Counted from the stretch's first letter, positions 8,286 to 18,252 are shown. The stretch is DNA of 64,000 nucleotides from Ruminococcus sp. (GCA_016288815.1 JAEELF010000041.1:2421-66420); one strand, 5' to 3'. Translations and numbers: made by a program. The notes: generated by a model not told the origin, from the sequence alone.

Positions 8286-11200
8286 TCAGACCGTTTCCCA
8301 CTTTCTTCTGCGGCGCTTGCAGTAAAGAAGCATACCGAGCGGTACGACCGGCGCGAGCATGAGTATCGCAGCAGTCATGAAAGACGACGCAACGCCTGTC
8401 GCAACCGTACCATTCAGCGTGTTCACTACGAGCAGATTCGTCGCAGAATCAACTGTGAATGTCTTACTTGTGCGCACTTCCGCATCTCCGCCGCTGAGCT
8501 TGAATGTGGTATCGTAGTCCTCATTTGCTTCGGTCACAGTTACCTGTGCGCCTACCGGCAGTGAGATGACCACTCTGTCGCAATGCTTCATCGTGAACGT
8601 TGCCGATGTGCCCATAGGAGTCTGCTTCGTTCCGTTCTTTGTCCACTCAAAAGCAGTTCCCTCTCCTGCGTTAGAGATATTGACAGTGAACGTGAACTCC
8701 TTGTGCCTGTTGCCAAAGGCGCCCTCCACTCGCTTGTCGATAGCGAGCGTTGTTTTGTCATTATCCTTTACATTCGATACGCTGAGAGTGAAGATATAGC
8801 TGTCATCAGTCTCTGTCAGCTCGCCCTGTCCGGAGGATATGAGCGTAGGTATACCGAGAGGCGAGATCCTGAAGATGATGTCCTCATCGAGCTTTTTATA
8901 ATTCAAGGGAGCCGCGGTCTCGGTGAGGAAGAATACCGCACCGTTTACGCCGGGATTAATCACTCTTCCGCTGTTTCCTCCGCAGACATCTACCACGCCG
9001 TCAACAGTTACCATATCCTCGAATCCTGTTATCGGATCCTTGTATTTGACATAACCGTTGATATTTGTGTTTGACTGCTTATAGAGCGCGAAGTGTGCAG
9101 AATCAAGCATGAGATCAGGATTTTCGCTGTCCATCTTCATGACCTTGAGATTGAAGGGCTTGTTATAAACGTCGATATACGCAGTGATACCGTTTGAGCC
9201 ATTCTTTCCCGAAGCCCAGCTGCTGTCGTAGCTTACACCTGTCATCTCGCTGCCCCACGGGGAGGTACCGTCAGCATAGAACAGTTCCGGCTGTCCGGCA
9301 TCGGTGACTCTGAATTTCAGCGTTTTTTGCAGTCCGACATAACCGTTAGGAGCGGAATTCTGTACAAGGGTGTACATCGCCCCGGGTTCAAAGCTGTACA
9401 GCATTTTTATCAGGCCATCAGAGTCAGAAGTGAACTCTCCGACAACAGCTCCTGTGCTGTCCTTGAGGGTGAAAACACCGCCGCTGAGCGGATCTGTGCT
9501 GTCCCACTTGAACAGTCTGAGCGCGATACCGTTTTTGCGGGTATTGCTTATCGTATCTGTACGCGAAGTACCCGTATCAGCTGCTGTGGCATAGGAAACA
9601 CAGTAATCAAAACGATAATACTTTGTCTCTTTTCCTGTTTCAGGATCCGTCTCAACGCGATCAGGATCACGGTTCGGTGTAGCTTCGGCTGTTGGGACAG
9701 TGTATAGACTGACTTCAGCCCCGCTGTTGAGCGGTATCACGTTTGTGTATCCGCTTACTGTACCGTCATCACTGACCGTAAGCTCACCGTCTGCTTCGAG
9801 CTCGACCTCACGGACCTCATATCCGGTGAAGTCAGTCCTCGGCGAACCGTCAGCATTAGGCTTCAGAGAAGTCCAGAAATAGTACGCTGATATGCTCGGT
9901 GACTCTATCTGCTTCACTGAGCCTTCAACGAGCTCTCCGTCTGCATAGACTGCAACATAGATCTTCTCGTGATAGGTCGTAAGCTCAAGGTCGCTCCACT
10001 TTTTGTTTACAGTCAGACCGTAGCCCTTTCTGTTCACGACCTCCATGTGCGGATCAACGCTCTGCATGATCCTTCCGACATTGAGCGGCTGTCCGTCATA
10101 TTCCTGATATGAGGCTATCTCTGAAGTTATATTATTCTCGATAAGCAAACCGTTCTTTCGTTCATATCCCATGATACCATATCCGGATTTTACGTCCTCA
10201 GTCACCTTGAAAACTGAGCCGTTGGGAACTCCGGGAACGCATATCGTGTAACCTGCCGGTATCTTTGAGATAGCTCCGAATCCGGAAGTCAGGAATGTGA
10301 TCTCCGTCATGTCGCTTATACCGTATGATTCTATAGGTGCAGAAATATGATTAAGATTGTATTGTATATAGACCTCGTTGTCCTCGTCAAAATCATTGCA
10401 GTATGCTATCAGCGCTTTGACTGCCTCGTGAGAATAATCAAGGTCAGTTGCAACGAATCTGCCCTTATCATGGTCGAAACGGCACATCTTGTTGTCCGGA
10501 GAAAGAACATAGTACTTCTGCATATTAGCGAGCGGGATATCCTTTGTAGCCACCGGCACTGAGGACAGATACAATCTGAAATCAAAGGTCGTCGGGTCAG
10601 TGAATATCTCTCTGCCGTCCTCGTCAATGAGCTTCTTGCGGATATACAGATCTCTTACGATGTTCTCATTCGTTACATTGTCAAAGGTTATTGTAGGTCT
10701 GTTTTCAGCTGTAACAAGATCTGACGAATAGCTTGCCAAATCATGTGTAGTCGAATCAGCAGGGACCTCAACACCATTTATCAGTACCTTTGAGTAGACC
10801 TGATCGTCTACCGCACACTCCACGAGTCTGTAGCTGATAGTTTTGTCCGGGAATGCGATCTCGGCATTCTTAGTCGGATTAAGGAAGTATACGTTCTCAT
10901 ATCCTTCGTCATCAGCAAATCCTGGCGGACGGTAGAGCTGAACGAATCTTACGCTCTGATTGGAATTCTGATATGTGACACAGGTATGTTCATCATCGTT
11001 CTTGAGGAGCTGCTCTTCACCCGGATTGCCTTCCTCATCAACAGGAAGTGTATAGTAGATCTGGAAAGGATATTCAAGGAATTCCTTGTCAAGATCTTGC
11101 TCACCCTCGCCGCTTATCGACTTGGAGACAACAACGTGTCCGGGCGTTACAGAAGCGAGATTGAAGCGCATATGGAGGTTTGATGCACCCGCACCGCGCT

Positions 11201-14200
11201 CCATGTAGAATATTCTCATCGTATGAGAAGAATAATCAGCGAAGATGTCCTCACAGCCGTAGGGCTTGCTTGGATCTGGCTGGAAGTATTTCAGGAGATA
11301 GTCGCTTATCTCTTGTTCAGACGGTTCATTACCATCATGCGCCGCCTTATAGCGGGCAGTGAAGTTGTCGATGAACACCTGTTTGAGAGTGGTCGTCTTG
11401 TGGTTAACGCTTACCTCGCCTGTACGGAAGTTTACGTTTCCTTCGAGCGCAGAATGGATACCGCCGAGATCGATGATAAGCTCTCCATCAACATAGAGCC
11501 AGAAGTCGTCGTCGCCGGTGAACTCGAATACCATATCGTGTCCCCATGCATCAAGTCCGCTGACTGTCTGCACGAACGACGCTTCGAGCTCCATGCCGTT
11601 GTAGTAGTTGGGATTGTTCCCGACATTGTACATCTCCTCGTACTTACGAGGGTCACTATCCGGGAGTGCACCACTGTCTTTCTCGCCTCTATGGATCTCT
11701 CCGTCTTCTCCCAAATAATAGGAGTAACCGTCAGGATCAGTGAGTGCCTTGTATGTGTTCTTATGCTTTGAGATTGGCTTTCCAACAATGCTGTCATACG
11801 GTAAAAACTGTCCGTGCCTTCTTGTCATACCGTTATTATTATCCGTAGTACCGAGCTCTCTGAAGACAGTGAAGTCCCTCATCGTGATCTCATTCCCCTG
11901 GCTGTCCGTTTCGGTATAAAGGGGATTTAGGCTGCCGTCGATATTATAGAACGACGCGAAATTCTGGCAGCTGTCGAATTCAAAGTATCCGCTTGAGTTG
12001 TATACGCTCTCGATGAAGAGATGGTTTACAATTGTAGTATTATTAAAGAGACCTGCAAGAGACTGTCCGTTTCTGGTAACGGTCGGGTATCCGTTCTTTC
12101 CGATGTCAGTAGAAAGGATACCGGCGTCAGTATACTGTACCGCAGAACCGGCATCAGTACCAAGGAAATTGCTCATAGCAGGACGGTTGGGGAAATCCTG
12201 CATCTTAACCGTGATACCATGCTCCATGTTATCAACAGTCTTGACCGTGTGCAGGCTGTCAGAGAGGTTGAGATCCTCTATAGTCGCGAAATAGAAATCG
12301 ACAGAATTCGCCAGTGCACAGGGAACGAGCCTTGTATTGTCCTCATTGGGAGTAAGTCCGACATAAGCATAGTAGGTGTTGTCCCAAGCGCCGATCTGCG
12401 AATAGAACTCACCATTGCGGCGTCCCTGCATATTGATACCGATAGTGCTGTCAGAAATCACCTGACTGCCCTGCATCTGGGGTGCAAGATACTTTTCCGA
12501 GTAAGGATTGTAGAGTTCATAGTAGTAGTTCGGCTGTTTAGTTACCTTGTCAAGATACTCAGTGAACTCCCATTCGAGGGAGCAGGTGCCGTCGGCGAGC
12601 CAGAGTATCTTACCGCCGCTCGCATAGCATGGGAAAAGTGTGCCGTCACAATCCACGGCGTACATATTGTAAACCTTGTTCACATCGTCCCAGATACGGA
12701 TATAAACGATGACTCTGTCCCCTGTCTTTACGTCAGATACACTGACTCTGTCCGCAGAGAATTTAATAAAATCATCATCTGAGATAGTCGCAAAATCGAC
12801 GAAGTACAGCCACGAGTCGTCTCCGGAAGATGTACCAGGCTCAAAATCATAGACCGTACCATTGCTGGTTTGCTCGTTAGTCAGACACACATTCTTCCCG
12901 CCGCTCGAAAGTCTTATCTTGCCGTCAGTACCGGTCGTGATCGTAAACTCAGTCGCATCATCTTCACTCGATGTGAGCGTGAGGACATCGCCGGACATCA
13001 CCAGATACTCCGTTCCGTTGCCGCTGTCGGTCGAGAGCTTGTAATTTCCGCTTTCTGTGGAGTGGAAGGTCCACATCGCGACCTCGCTTCCCTCATCGAC
13101 ATAAAGGATATTCGGAGTAGCAGAGGCAGTGTTTTTGCGTGTAATGAGCTGCACAAGAGAGTGGACTCTGTCATCTTCTCCCGCCATGAGCGCATAGCCG
13201 TGCGTTCCGGTCGTATAGTTCATCAGACCGTAGGTCTTGTTGTTGAGGTTGAGAGAGTCTGCTGCATATTCATCCAGTGACATCCAGACAGTACCCTTAT
13301 CTCCCTCAGTGTTAGTTAACTCATACCCAACCACAGGCATAGGATTATTCGCATCACTACCATTTCTTATCACCAAGAACGTTTTGCCGCCAACAGTTGC
13401 AGCAATCCTGAACTTTTCAGCAGACGAGTGCTTTTCTAACTCGAAAAGAGTTTTGTCATCGCTGGAGGCTGCAATTCTTAAACCAGCTCGGCTTGCACTT
13501 CCAAAAGAACCAGTATACATTTCAAGGTAATTCTTTGTACCGTCATCATTCTTAAAATAGATGTAGAACTGATTGTTGGCGGTGCCGCCCTCTTCAAAGT
13601 AAAGCTTCGCAGCATTACTTTTGTCACCCTGCTTGTTTGACACTATTCCTATTCTGTCTTCGGAGGAATTTTTGTCAGTGAACGACATCGTCTCATTCCT
13701 GAGATAAAACGGGCCGCCTCTTGACGGTGTACCGGCAGCGTTTGACTTATCACTTGCAACATAAGAAACATCAAAACCGTCGTCTCCGTAATCGGCAAGG
13801 ATTTGGAATAGATCAAATCCACTCTCGGGCTTCACGATCTGATAAACGCTGAATCCGGTCGCATAGAAGCTGATCTTGCCGTCCTCAGCGACAAAATCCG
13901 TTATCTGCTCGCGCTCGCCGTCGTCTCTGATGTGCCAGAGCTCTATCGGGTCGCTGCCGGAAATGTCCGGGTCGGATATCTCGACATATATCGGCTCACC
14001 GTCTGCCGGCTGGAATTCCTCATCGCCGTCGGTGATAGTTATGTCATACGCAGCAATGCCGGAGACCTCGTCTGATAGGTCCACGACTTCAGCCTCGGCG
14101 CCCTCGGGCATCATTCCCTCGAGAGTAACGACCTCGTCGGCGCCCTCGCCATTCGGGTAGACTTCGATACTTGTTAGGCTGAGAACGCTGTCCTCAGCTG

Positions 14201-14318
14201 CAATACTGTCCTCCGCCACCGCTGTGAATACGGGGCAAAGCGTACTGCTGACCGACGAGAACAACATCGCCGCAGCGCAGAATGCACTCAGTATGCGTTC
14301 TTTAAATGTCTTACTCAT
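8286..14318 (-). CDS. ~2010-aa sortase-sorted pilus tip adhesin with fibro-slime/PA14 domain and SpaA/prealbumin-like domains
   Basis: Start moved to ATG 14318 (AGGAGG RBS); signal peptide; FEFTGDDDFWLYVDGELIIDLGGIH fibro-slime motif; C-terminal TVATG + hydrophobic helix + KRRRRK. Confidence 0.85.
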   Translation of the reverse strand: MSKTFKERILSAFCAAAMLFSSVSSTLCPVFTAVAEDSIAAEDSVLSLTSIEVYPNGEGADEVVTLEGMMPEGAEAEVVDLSDEVSGIAAYDITITDGDEEFQPADGEPIYVEISDPDISGSDPIELWHIRDDGEREQITDFVAEDGKISFYATGFSVYQIVKPESGFDLFQILADYGDDGFDVSYVASDKSNAAGTPSRGGPFYLRNETMSFTDKNSSEDRIGIVSNKQGDKSNAAKLYFEEGGTANNQFYIYFKNDDGTKNYLEMYTGSFGSASRAGLRIAASSDDKTLFELEKHSSAEKFRIAATVGGKTFLVIRNGSDANNPMPVVGYELTNTEGDKGTVWMSLDEYAADSLNLNNKTYGLMNYTTGTHGYALMAGEDDRVHSLVQLITRKNTASATPNILYVDEGSEVAMWTFHSTESGNYKLSTDSGNGTEYLVMSGDVLTLTSSEDDATEFTITTGTDGKIRLSSGGKNVCLTNEQTSNGTVYDFEPGTSSGDDSWLYFVDFATISDDDFIKFSADRVSVSDVKTGDRVIVYIRIWDDVNKVYNMYAVDCDGTLFPCYASGGKILWLADGTCSLEWEFTEYLDKVTKQPNYYYELYNPYSEKYLAPQMQGSQVISDSTIGINMQGRRNGEFYSQIGAWDNTYYAYVGLTPNEDNTRLVPCALANSVDFYFATIEDLNLSDSLHTVKTVDNMEHGITVKMQDFPNRPAMSNFLGTDAGSAVQYTDAGILSTDIGKNGYPTVTRNGQSLAGLFNNTTIVNHLFIESVYNSSGYFEFDSCQNFASFYNIDGSLNPLYTETDSQGNEITMRDFTVFRELGTTDNNNGMTRRHGQFLPYDSIVGKPISKHKNTYKALTDPDGYSYYLGEDGEIHRGEKDSGALPDSDPRKYEEMYNVGNNPNYYNGMELEASFVQTVSGLDAWGHDMVFEFTGDDDFWLYVDGELIIDLGGIHSALEGNVNFRTGEVSVNHKTTTLKQVFIDNFTARYKAAHDGNEPSEQEISDYLLKYFQPDPSKPYGCEDIFADYSSHTMRIFYMERGAGASNLHMRFNLASVTPGHVVVSKSISGEGEQDLDKEFLEYPFQIYYTLPVDEEGNPGEEQLLKNDDEHTCVTYQNSNQSVRFVQLYRPPGFADDEGYENVYFLNPTKNAEIAFPDKTISYRLVECAVDDQVYSKVLINGVEVPADSTTHDLASYSSDLVTAENRPTITFDNVTNENIVRDLYIRKKLIDEDGREIFTDPTTFDFRLYLSSVPVATKDIPLANMQKYYVLSPDNKMCRFDHDKGRFVATDLDYSHEAVKALIAYCNDFDEDNEVYIQYNLNHISAPIESYGISDMTEITFLTSGFGAISKIPAGYTICVPGVPNGSVFKVTEDVKSGYGIMGYERKNGLLIENNITSEIASYQEYDGQPLNVGRIMQSVDPHMEVVNRKGYGLTVNKKWSDLELTTYHEKIYVAVYADGELVEGSVKQIESPSISAYYFWTSLKPNADGSPRTDFTGYEVREVELEADGELTVSDDGTVSGYTNVIPLNSGAEVSLYTVPTAEATPNRDPDRVETDPETGKETKYYRFDYCVSYATAADTGTSRTDTISNTRKNGIALRLFKWDSTDPLSGGVFTLKDSTGAVVGEFTSDSDGLIKMLYSFEPGAMYTLVQNSAPNGYVGLQKTLKFRVTDAGQPELFYADGTSPWGSEMTGVSYDSSWASGKNGSNGITAYIDVYNKPFNLKVMKMDSENPDLMLDSAHFALYKQSNTNINGYVKYKDPITGFEDMVTVDGVVDVCGGNSGRVINPGVNGAVFFLTETAAPLNYKKLDEDIIFRISPLGIPTLISSGQGELTETDDSYIFTLSVSNVKDNDKTTLAIDKRVEGAFGNRHKEFTFTVNISNAGEGTAFEWTKNGTKQTPMGTSATFTMKHCDRVVISLPVGAQVTVTEANEDYDTTFKLSGGDAEVRTSKTFTVDSATNLLVVNTLNGTVATGVASSFMTAAILMLAPVVPLGMLLYCKRRRRKWETV

Positions 14319-15051
14319 CGTCACCCTCCTCCTCATCGTTTTTACGCTTGAAAAGGAGCGCAGCAACAGCTGTCAGAGCAGCAGCCGCCATCGTGAAGCG
14401 CAGAGCACGCGCAGGGAAAGAATCCCCTGTCAGCACTCCGTCTATCAGCACGGTTATGAGGTTGGTCTCTGCGGGCTTGGTAGTCACAGGGGCAGTAGTA
14501 ACTGCCGGAAGAGTGGTCTGCACTGTAGTCACGATAGTTTCAGGAGCTGTTGTTGTAATTGTGGTGGAAGTCGTGGTTGTCACGACCTCATCCGGCAAAA
14601 CTTTATTCCTAAAATCGACCTGTTCTACCTTGTCATCACTGCCCTCAAGAGCAGCCGTTATCGCATATCTGAGACCGCCGTCATCATCATTCTCAACAAA
14701 AAGCGTGAGAGTATATACTCTGCGGTCGTAATCGACACCGGGATCGTCGCCCTCGACTTCATAGACCCTATATATGAATGTACCGGGTTCGCTGATAACG
14801 AGCCCGAAGCTGTCATAGCCCGAATCACTGATGATGAGCTCACCGGGAACCGGCTCCGGAGTAATCGAAGTCACAGCTTCTATAGCGATAGTATAAGCGC
14901 CGGTAATATTATCAGCATCAAAGAAGCAGCTGACAGGCACCTCCGCGGTAAATGATTCATATGCACTTGCAGATGTCCCGCCGGCGAATACAAAGACAAA
15001 AGAGAGAAGGCACACTGCAGCTGCCGATATCATCATCTTCAGTCTTTTCAT
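14311..15051 (-). CDS. minor/basal pilin (FctB-like, Spy0128-type domain)
   Basis: Signal peptide, EPGTFIYRVYE motif, T/P-rich stalk, VLTGD + TM + KRK tail. Confidence 0.8.
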   Translation of the reverse strand: MKRLKMMISAAAVCLLSFVFVFAGGTSASAYESFTAEVPVSCFFDADNITGAYTIAIEAVTSITPEPVPGELIISDSGYDSFGLVISEPGTFIYRVYEVEGDDPGVDYDRRVYTLTLFVENDDDGGLRYAITAALEGSDDKVEQVDFRNKVLPDEVVTTTTSTTITTTAPETIVTTVQTTLPAVTTAPVTTKPAETNLITVLIDGVLTGDSFPARALRFTMAAAALTAVAALLFKRKNDEEEGDDE

Positions 15052-15070
15052 ATGCCTTCCCTCCTTTCAT

Positions 15071-15769
15071 TTACTCGAGTATGTAGCAGAATACGACTAT
15101 CCTTGAAAGCAGATCACTGTCAGCACAGGTCGAGAGCCCGAGTATCCTCGCGTCCTTCGCGCCGGTGAACACAGTGGAATTATTCTCGATGTACTGCCGG
15201 ATAGCGTCCTGCTGCATATCAAATACTATTTTTTCGCGGGCGCCCACTCTCATTGAAGCGAACACCTCGATATCGTATACTTTTTCGGCATTTCTGCCGA
15301 CCATGAGCGTACCTGTGGTATGCTCGCTGAGATAGGAAGCATTCAGAAAGTCGTCGAGCGCTCCGAACATCTTCCCGTACTCCATATGATGACCATAGAC
15401 AATTGAAAAATCGTCAGTAAAGTCCGGTGAACTCCTGAAATCGAGGAAGATACTGCCGGATAAGGAGTACTCCCCGAGCGGATCCGTGTTCAGGTACTTG
15501 ATATTATCTCCGCCCTGCATCACCGGGTAGTCGATGTTAGTGCCGTCGATAGTGAGCCATGCCGTCATGTCACTGACTATAGGCGAATCCTTCTGCTTTG
15601 CCGGATCAGACGGATCCGGCTTGTACTGCAGAACGCTCCTTTCGAGCGTATGTCCGAAGATATAGTAGTTATCAAACAATTGCCAGAAGCCGATGAGCAT
15701 GATAAGTACAGACACCGCTATCAGAAGCCACCCATAAACATCATTCAGTGCTTTCCAGAATCTGAGCAC
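15071..15769 (-). CDS. srtB: class B (pilus) sortase
   Basis: N-terminal TM, WLTIDGTNIDYPVMQ, GSIFLD, YGHHM (His), LSTC (Cys), SRIVV (Arg). Confidence 0.92.
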   Translation of the reverse strand: MLRFWKALNDVYGWLLIAVSVLIMLIGFWQLFDNYYIFGHTLERSVLQYKPDPSDPAKQKDSPIVSDMTAWLTIDGTNIDYPVMQGGDNIKYLNTDPLGEYSLSGSIFLDFRSSPDFTDDFSIVYGHHMEYGKMFGALDDFLNASYLSEHTTGTLMVGRNAEKVYDIEVFASMRVGAREKIVFDMQQDAIRQYIENNSTVFTGAKDARILGLSTCADSDLLSRIVVFCYILE

Positions 15770-15775
15770 TTATGA

Positions 15776-17080
15776 TTATTCCTCGGAACGCTTCTTCTTG
15801 AGGCAGTATGTACCAACGCCGACACCCGCAGCACCAACTGCAAGGATACCGAGAGCCCCGCCTACAGCTGCGATAACACCTGTGGGGATAGTTCCTGCGC
15901 GGTCGTTCTTGAAGGTTATTGTCGTGTCGCTCTTGAGGTATGTATCAGATACAGAGTACTCGGAGATAGTCTCGGAACCGGACTCTGTAACGCCGACGCC
16001 GCTGATCGCTGTACCCTCGTCAGTCTTGTCCCCTGTCATGCTATCGCTTGTGGAAGAATACTCAACAGACGGGGTGTATCCCTCGGGAAGCTCAGTTATG
16101 GTGTAGCCCAGACCGCTCGGGATACCCTTGATCTCTACAGTATGACCGCTGCATAGATAGAAAGAATAGCCGTCTTTAAGCGCACCATATGTAAGCGAAT
16201 CCACAGCATTGGCTGCCATTTCGGTAGCGCTGTAGGATGTAACACTGTTCTCCTCGGGAGCAGCTTCAAGAGTGCCGACAACTGTGAACTCATCATTATC
16301 GCTGATCTGGAGTCCATCGGGGTTAGTTAACTGGATAGTTATCTTGAAGTGCTTGTTCTTGGAGCCCTGGTTACCTGTTACATTCTTTGCAACGACGAGA
16401 TTGTTTGTACCATACTGGTTCGTGAAGCCTGTAGACTTAACACCGGTCAGATAGGAGAACACAAATCCCTGTACGATCAGAGTGGGAGTTGCTCCACTGT
16501 TGGGATTATTGGTAACATATATATCGAGAATTCGCTTGTTATCTGTGTCAGGAGATACACCTGCAACGTTCTCGCTTGCAGTCTCGGTAATGATGTAGCG
16601 GTAGATACCAGGTTCTGTGAACGGAATCTGGCTGAGGTCCAGTGCCATTCCCTTGGTCACGAATTTCTCATCACTCGTATCATCGGTTGCAAAAGATATT
16701 GACTTTCCCGCAATAGCATTTGCCTGAGAAACAGCAGCATCGCCATCACTTGTCTCAAAGCTAACAGTCGCTGTGGTCGTATCAGAAGCTACAGTAACAT
16801 CGTCAGTATCCTTGAAGGAGATACCGGCTATACCGGGCACTACTTTGCCTGCCTCCTCTTCGCTGATGTCAGAAGCAGCTGCCGGAGCTACCGTGAAGGT
16901 GAAGCTCACATTCGGTACGTTTGCGTCATTCTCCATGACAAGATACTTCTCAAAGGTGAATGTGCTCTGGCTCGTAACTGTTTCCTCCGGCTCAGCTGAA
17001 GCACTCATGGGTACATAAGCGAGGCTCAGCGCTGCGAGACCGAGTGCAGCGATCGCTGCTGATATTCTTTTCTTTTTCAT
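15776..17080 (-). CDS. backbone pilin (FctA/T-antigen-like)
   Basis: Signal peptide, EPGIYRYIITE, K.VTGNQG...K.F, C-terminal TIPTGV + TM + KKKR. Confidence 0.85.
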   Translation of the reverse strand: MKKKRISAAIAALGLAALSLAYVPMSASAEPEETVTSQSTFTFEKYLVMENDANVPNVSFTFTVAPAAASDISEEEAGKVVPGIAGISFKDTDDVTVASDTTTATVSFETSDGDAAVSQANAIAGKSISFATDDTSDEKFVTKGMALDLSQIPFTEPGIYRYIITETASENVAGVSPDTDNKRILDIYVTNNPNSGATPTLIVQGFVFSYLTGVKSTGFTNQYGTNNLVVAKNVTGNQGSKNKHFKITIQLTNPDGLQISDNDEFTVVGTLEAAPEENSVTSYSATEMAANAVDSLTYGALKDGYSFYLCSGHTVEIKGIPSGLGYTITELPEGYTPSVEYSSTSDSMTGDKTDEGTAISGVGVTESGSETISEYSVSDTYLKSDTTITFKNDRAGTIPTGVIAAVGGALGILAVGAAGVGVGTYCLKKKRSEE

Positions 17081-17117
17081 ATTGAATTCCTCCTGAAATA
17101 ATTTTCATTTTTATGGT

Positions 17118-17684
17118 TTATATCCCGCGCATTCTCACAGTAAAGACCACAGCGCCTTCAACATCGTCGAGCGATATCCCGCCGTACGACCTGCTGTCGG
17201 AAATATCGCTCCGGTAGTCATTGAGAATGAATACACAGTTTTCCGGTACGTAATATGGATAGCTTATCGCCGAACCCTCCGGCGAAGTAGGGTAGACTAC
17301 ATTCTCGGAGATCCCGTAGTCGTTAACAACGATAAAGTCGTTGAATATCTCGACCTTGTCGCCGCCTCCGGCGATGACTCTTCCGAATCTAACCGCGCCA
17401 TCCTTTTTGTATACGACCATTGTCCCCTGCTTCAGCTCCGCAAGGCGGTAGGTGAGGCAAAAATCTCCGTCCCTGATCGACGGGTAAGCAATGTTCGTAT
17501 GGCAGATGAAAACTCCGGCAAAAAACGTGAACACCACCCACAGCACCAGCACGGTCGCTCCGACTTTGATGAAAAAGGCTATCGCATAGCTTTTGGCAGT
17601 ACGTTTTTTCCCTTTCTTTTTCTTCGGCTCAGCGGAGCGGACGTCATCTTCCGGCAGTTTTGAAGCTGTTTCTTCAGTAGTCAT
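17118..17684 (-). CDS. SipA/LepA-like signal-peptidase-fold pilus chaperone, probably non-catalytic
   Basis: Start ATG 17684 (AAGGAGG RBS); S26 fold motifs (LNDYRSDISDSRSYG) but catalytic S-M-x-P reads NIAYP and K-R reads GR. Confidence 0.85.
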   Translation of the reverse strand: MTTEETASKLPEDDVRSAEPKKKKGKKRTAKSYAIAFFIKVGATVLVLWVVFTFFAGVFICHTNIAYPSIRDGDFCLTYRLAELKQGTMVVYKKDGAVRFGRVIAGGGDKVEIFNDFIVVNDYGISENVVYPTSPEGSAISYPYYVPENCVFILNDYRSDISDSRSYGGISLDDVEGAVVFTVRMRGI

Positions 17685-17914
17685 CCGACCCCTCCTTTGA
17701 AACAAAAAAGCACCTCTCCGCACAGCCGCGGATACCCGCAAGCTCACCTTGAAGTGTGATCTCAGTGCACCCGGGCACGCTCATAGATGATCCGCCCGCC
17801 GAACAGGCATGACTATACTGAATAATACCAAATTTCGCAGAAACACGCCCCTTGCAGATCATTTTTGCCGCCCCCAGTTGTGTAAAATATACAATAAATG
17901 CACACATTATATAT

Positions 17915-17957
17915 AAGTGTACACTTGTATTATACTACTCACGGCGACAAAATTCAA
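17915..17957 (-). promoter_or_regulatory. sigmaA promoter of pilus operon with palindromic operator near +1
   Basis: TTGAAT(17957-17952)-17 nt-TATAAT(17934-17929); perfect 12-bp palindrome AAGTGTACACTT at 17915-17926. Confidence 0.75.
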
Positions 17958-18115
17958 TGGTAAAAAAGCCGAAATATCCTATTCACCCACTATGTTTATT
18001 GTTTAAAATGTTGTCACATCAATTCTGAGCCCGGACTTCTCGATACGTACATTATTTGAGTATGAATTCTTAAAGTAATCTGAAAAAGAACCTGCCTTCA
18101 TTTTTACGTTAAATT

Positions 18116-18148
18116 AAAAAATATCGCCGGAACACACAAGTTCCGGCG
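18116..18148 (-). terminator. terminator downstream of tRNA-Ala
   Basis: CGCCGGAAC/GTTCCGGCG 9-bp stem, then T run on - strand. Confidence 0.8.
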
Positions 18149-18173
18149 TTGTCTTTTAGCAGCTTCTCATATC

Positions 18174-18252
18174 AATAAGGACAGAATAAGGACACTTTTG
18201 CTTTTAGTAAAATAAATAAGCGTTTACCGCACAACCGATAAACGCCTATTTA
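18174..18252. repeat. direct and inverted repeats abutting the tRNA 3' end (att-arm-like)
   Basis: AATAAGGACA at 18174-18183 and 18185-18194; 14-bp inverted repeat (13/14) at 18213-18226 / 18239-18252. Confidence 0.6.

Noticed and set aside
17690-17960. c-di-GMP-I/II riboswitch upstream of the pilus operon
   Set aside because: Looked for because of adjacent DGCs; the GCAAAC/GAAA/GACGCAAAGC core and class II features were not found.
18003-18101. 32-aa minus-strand ORF MKAGSFSDYFKNSYSNNVRIEKSGLRIDVTTF next to the tRNA flank
   Set aside because: No RBS and no integrase-like motif; cannot be supported.
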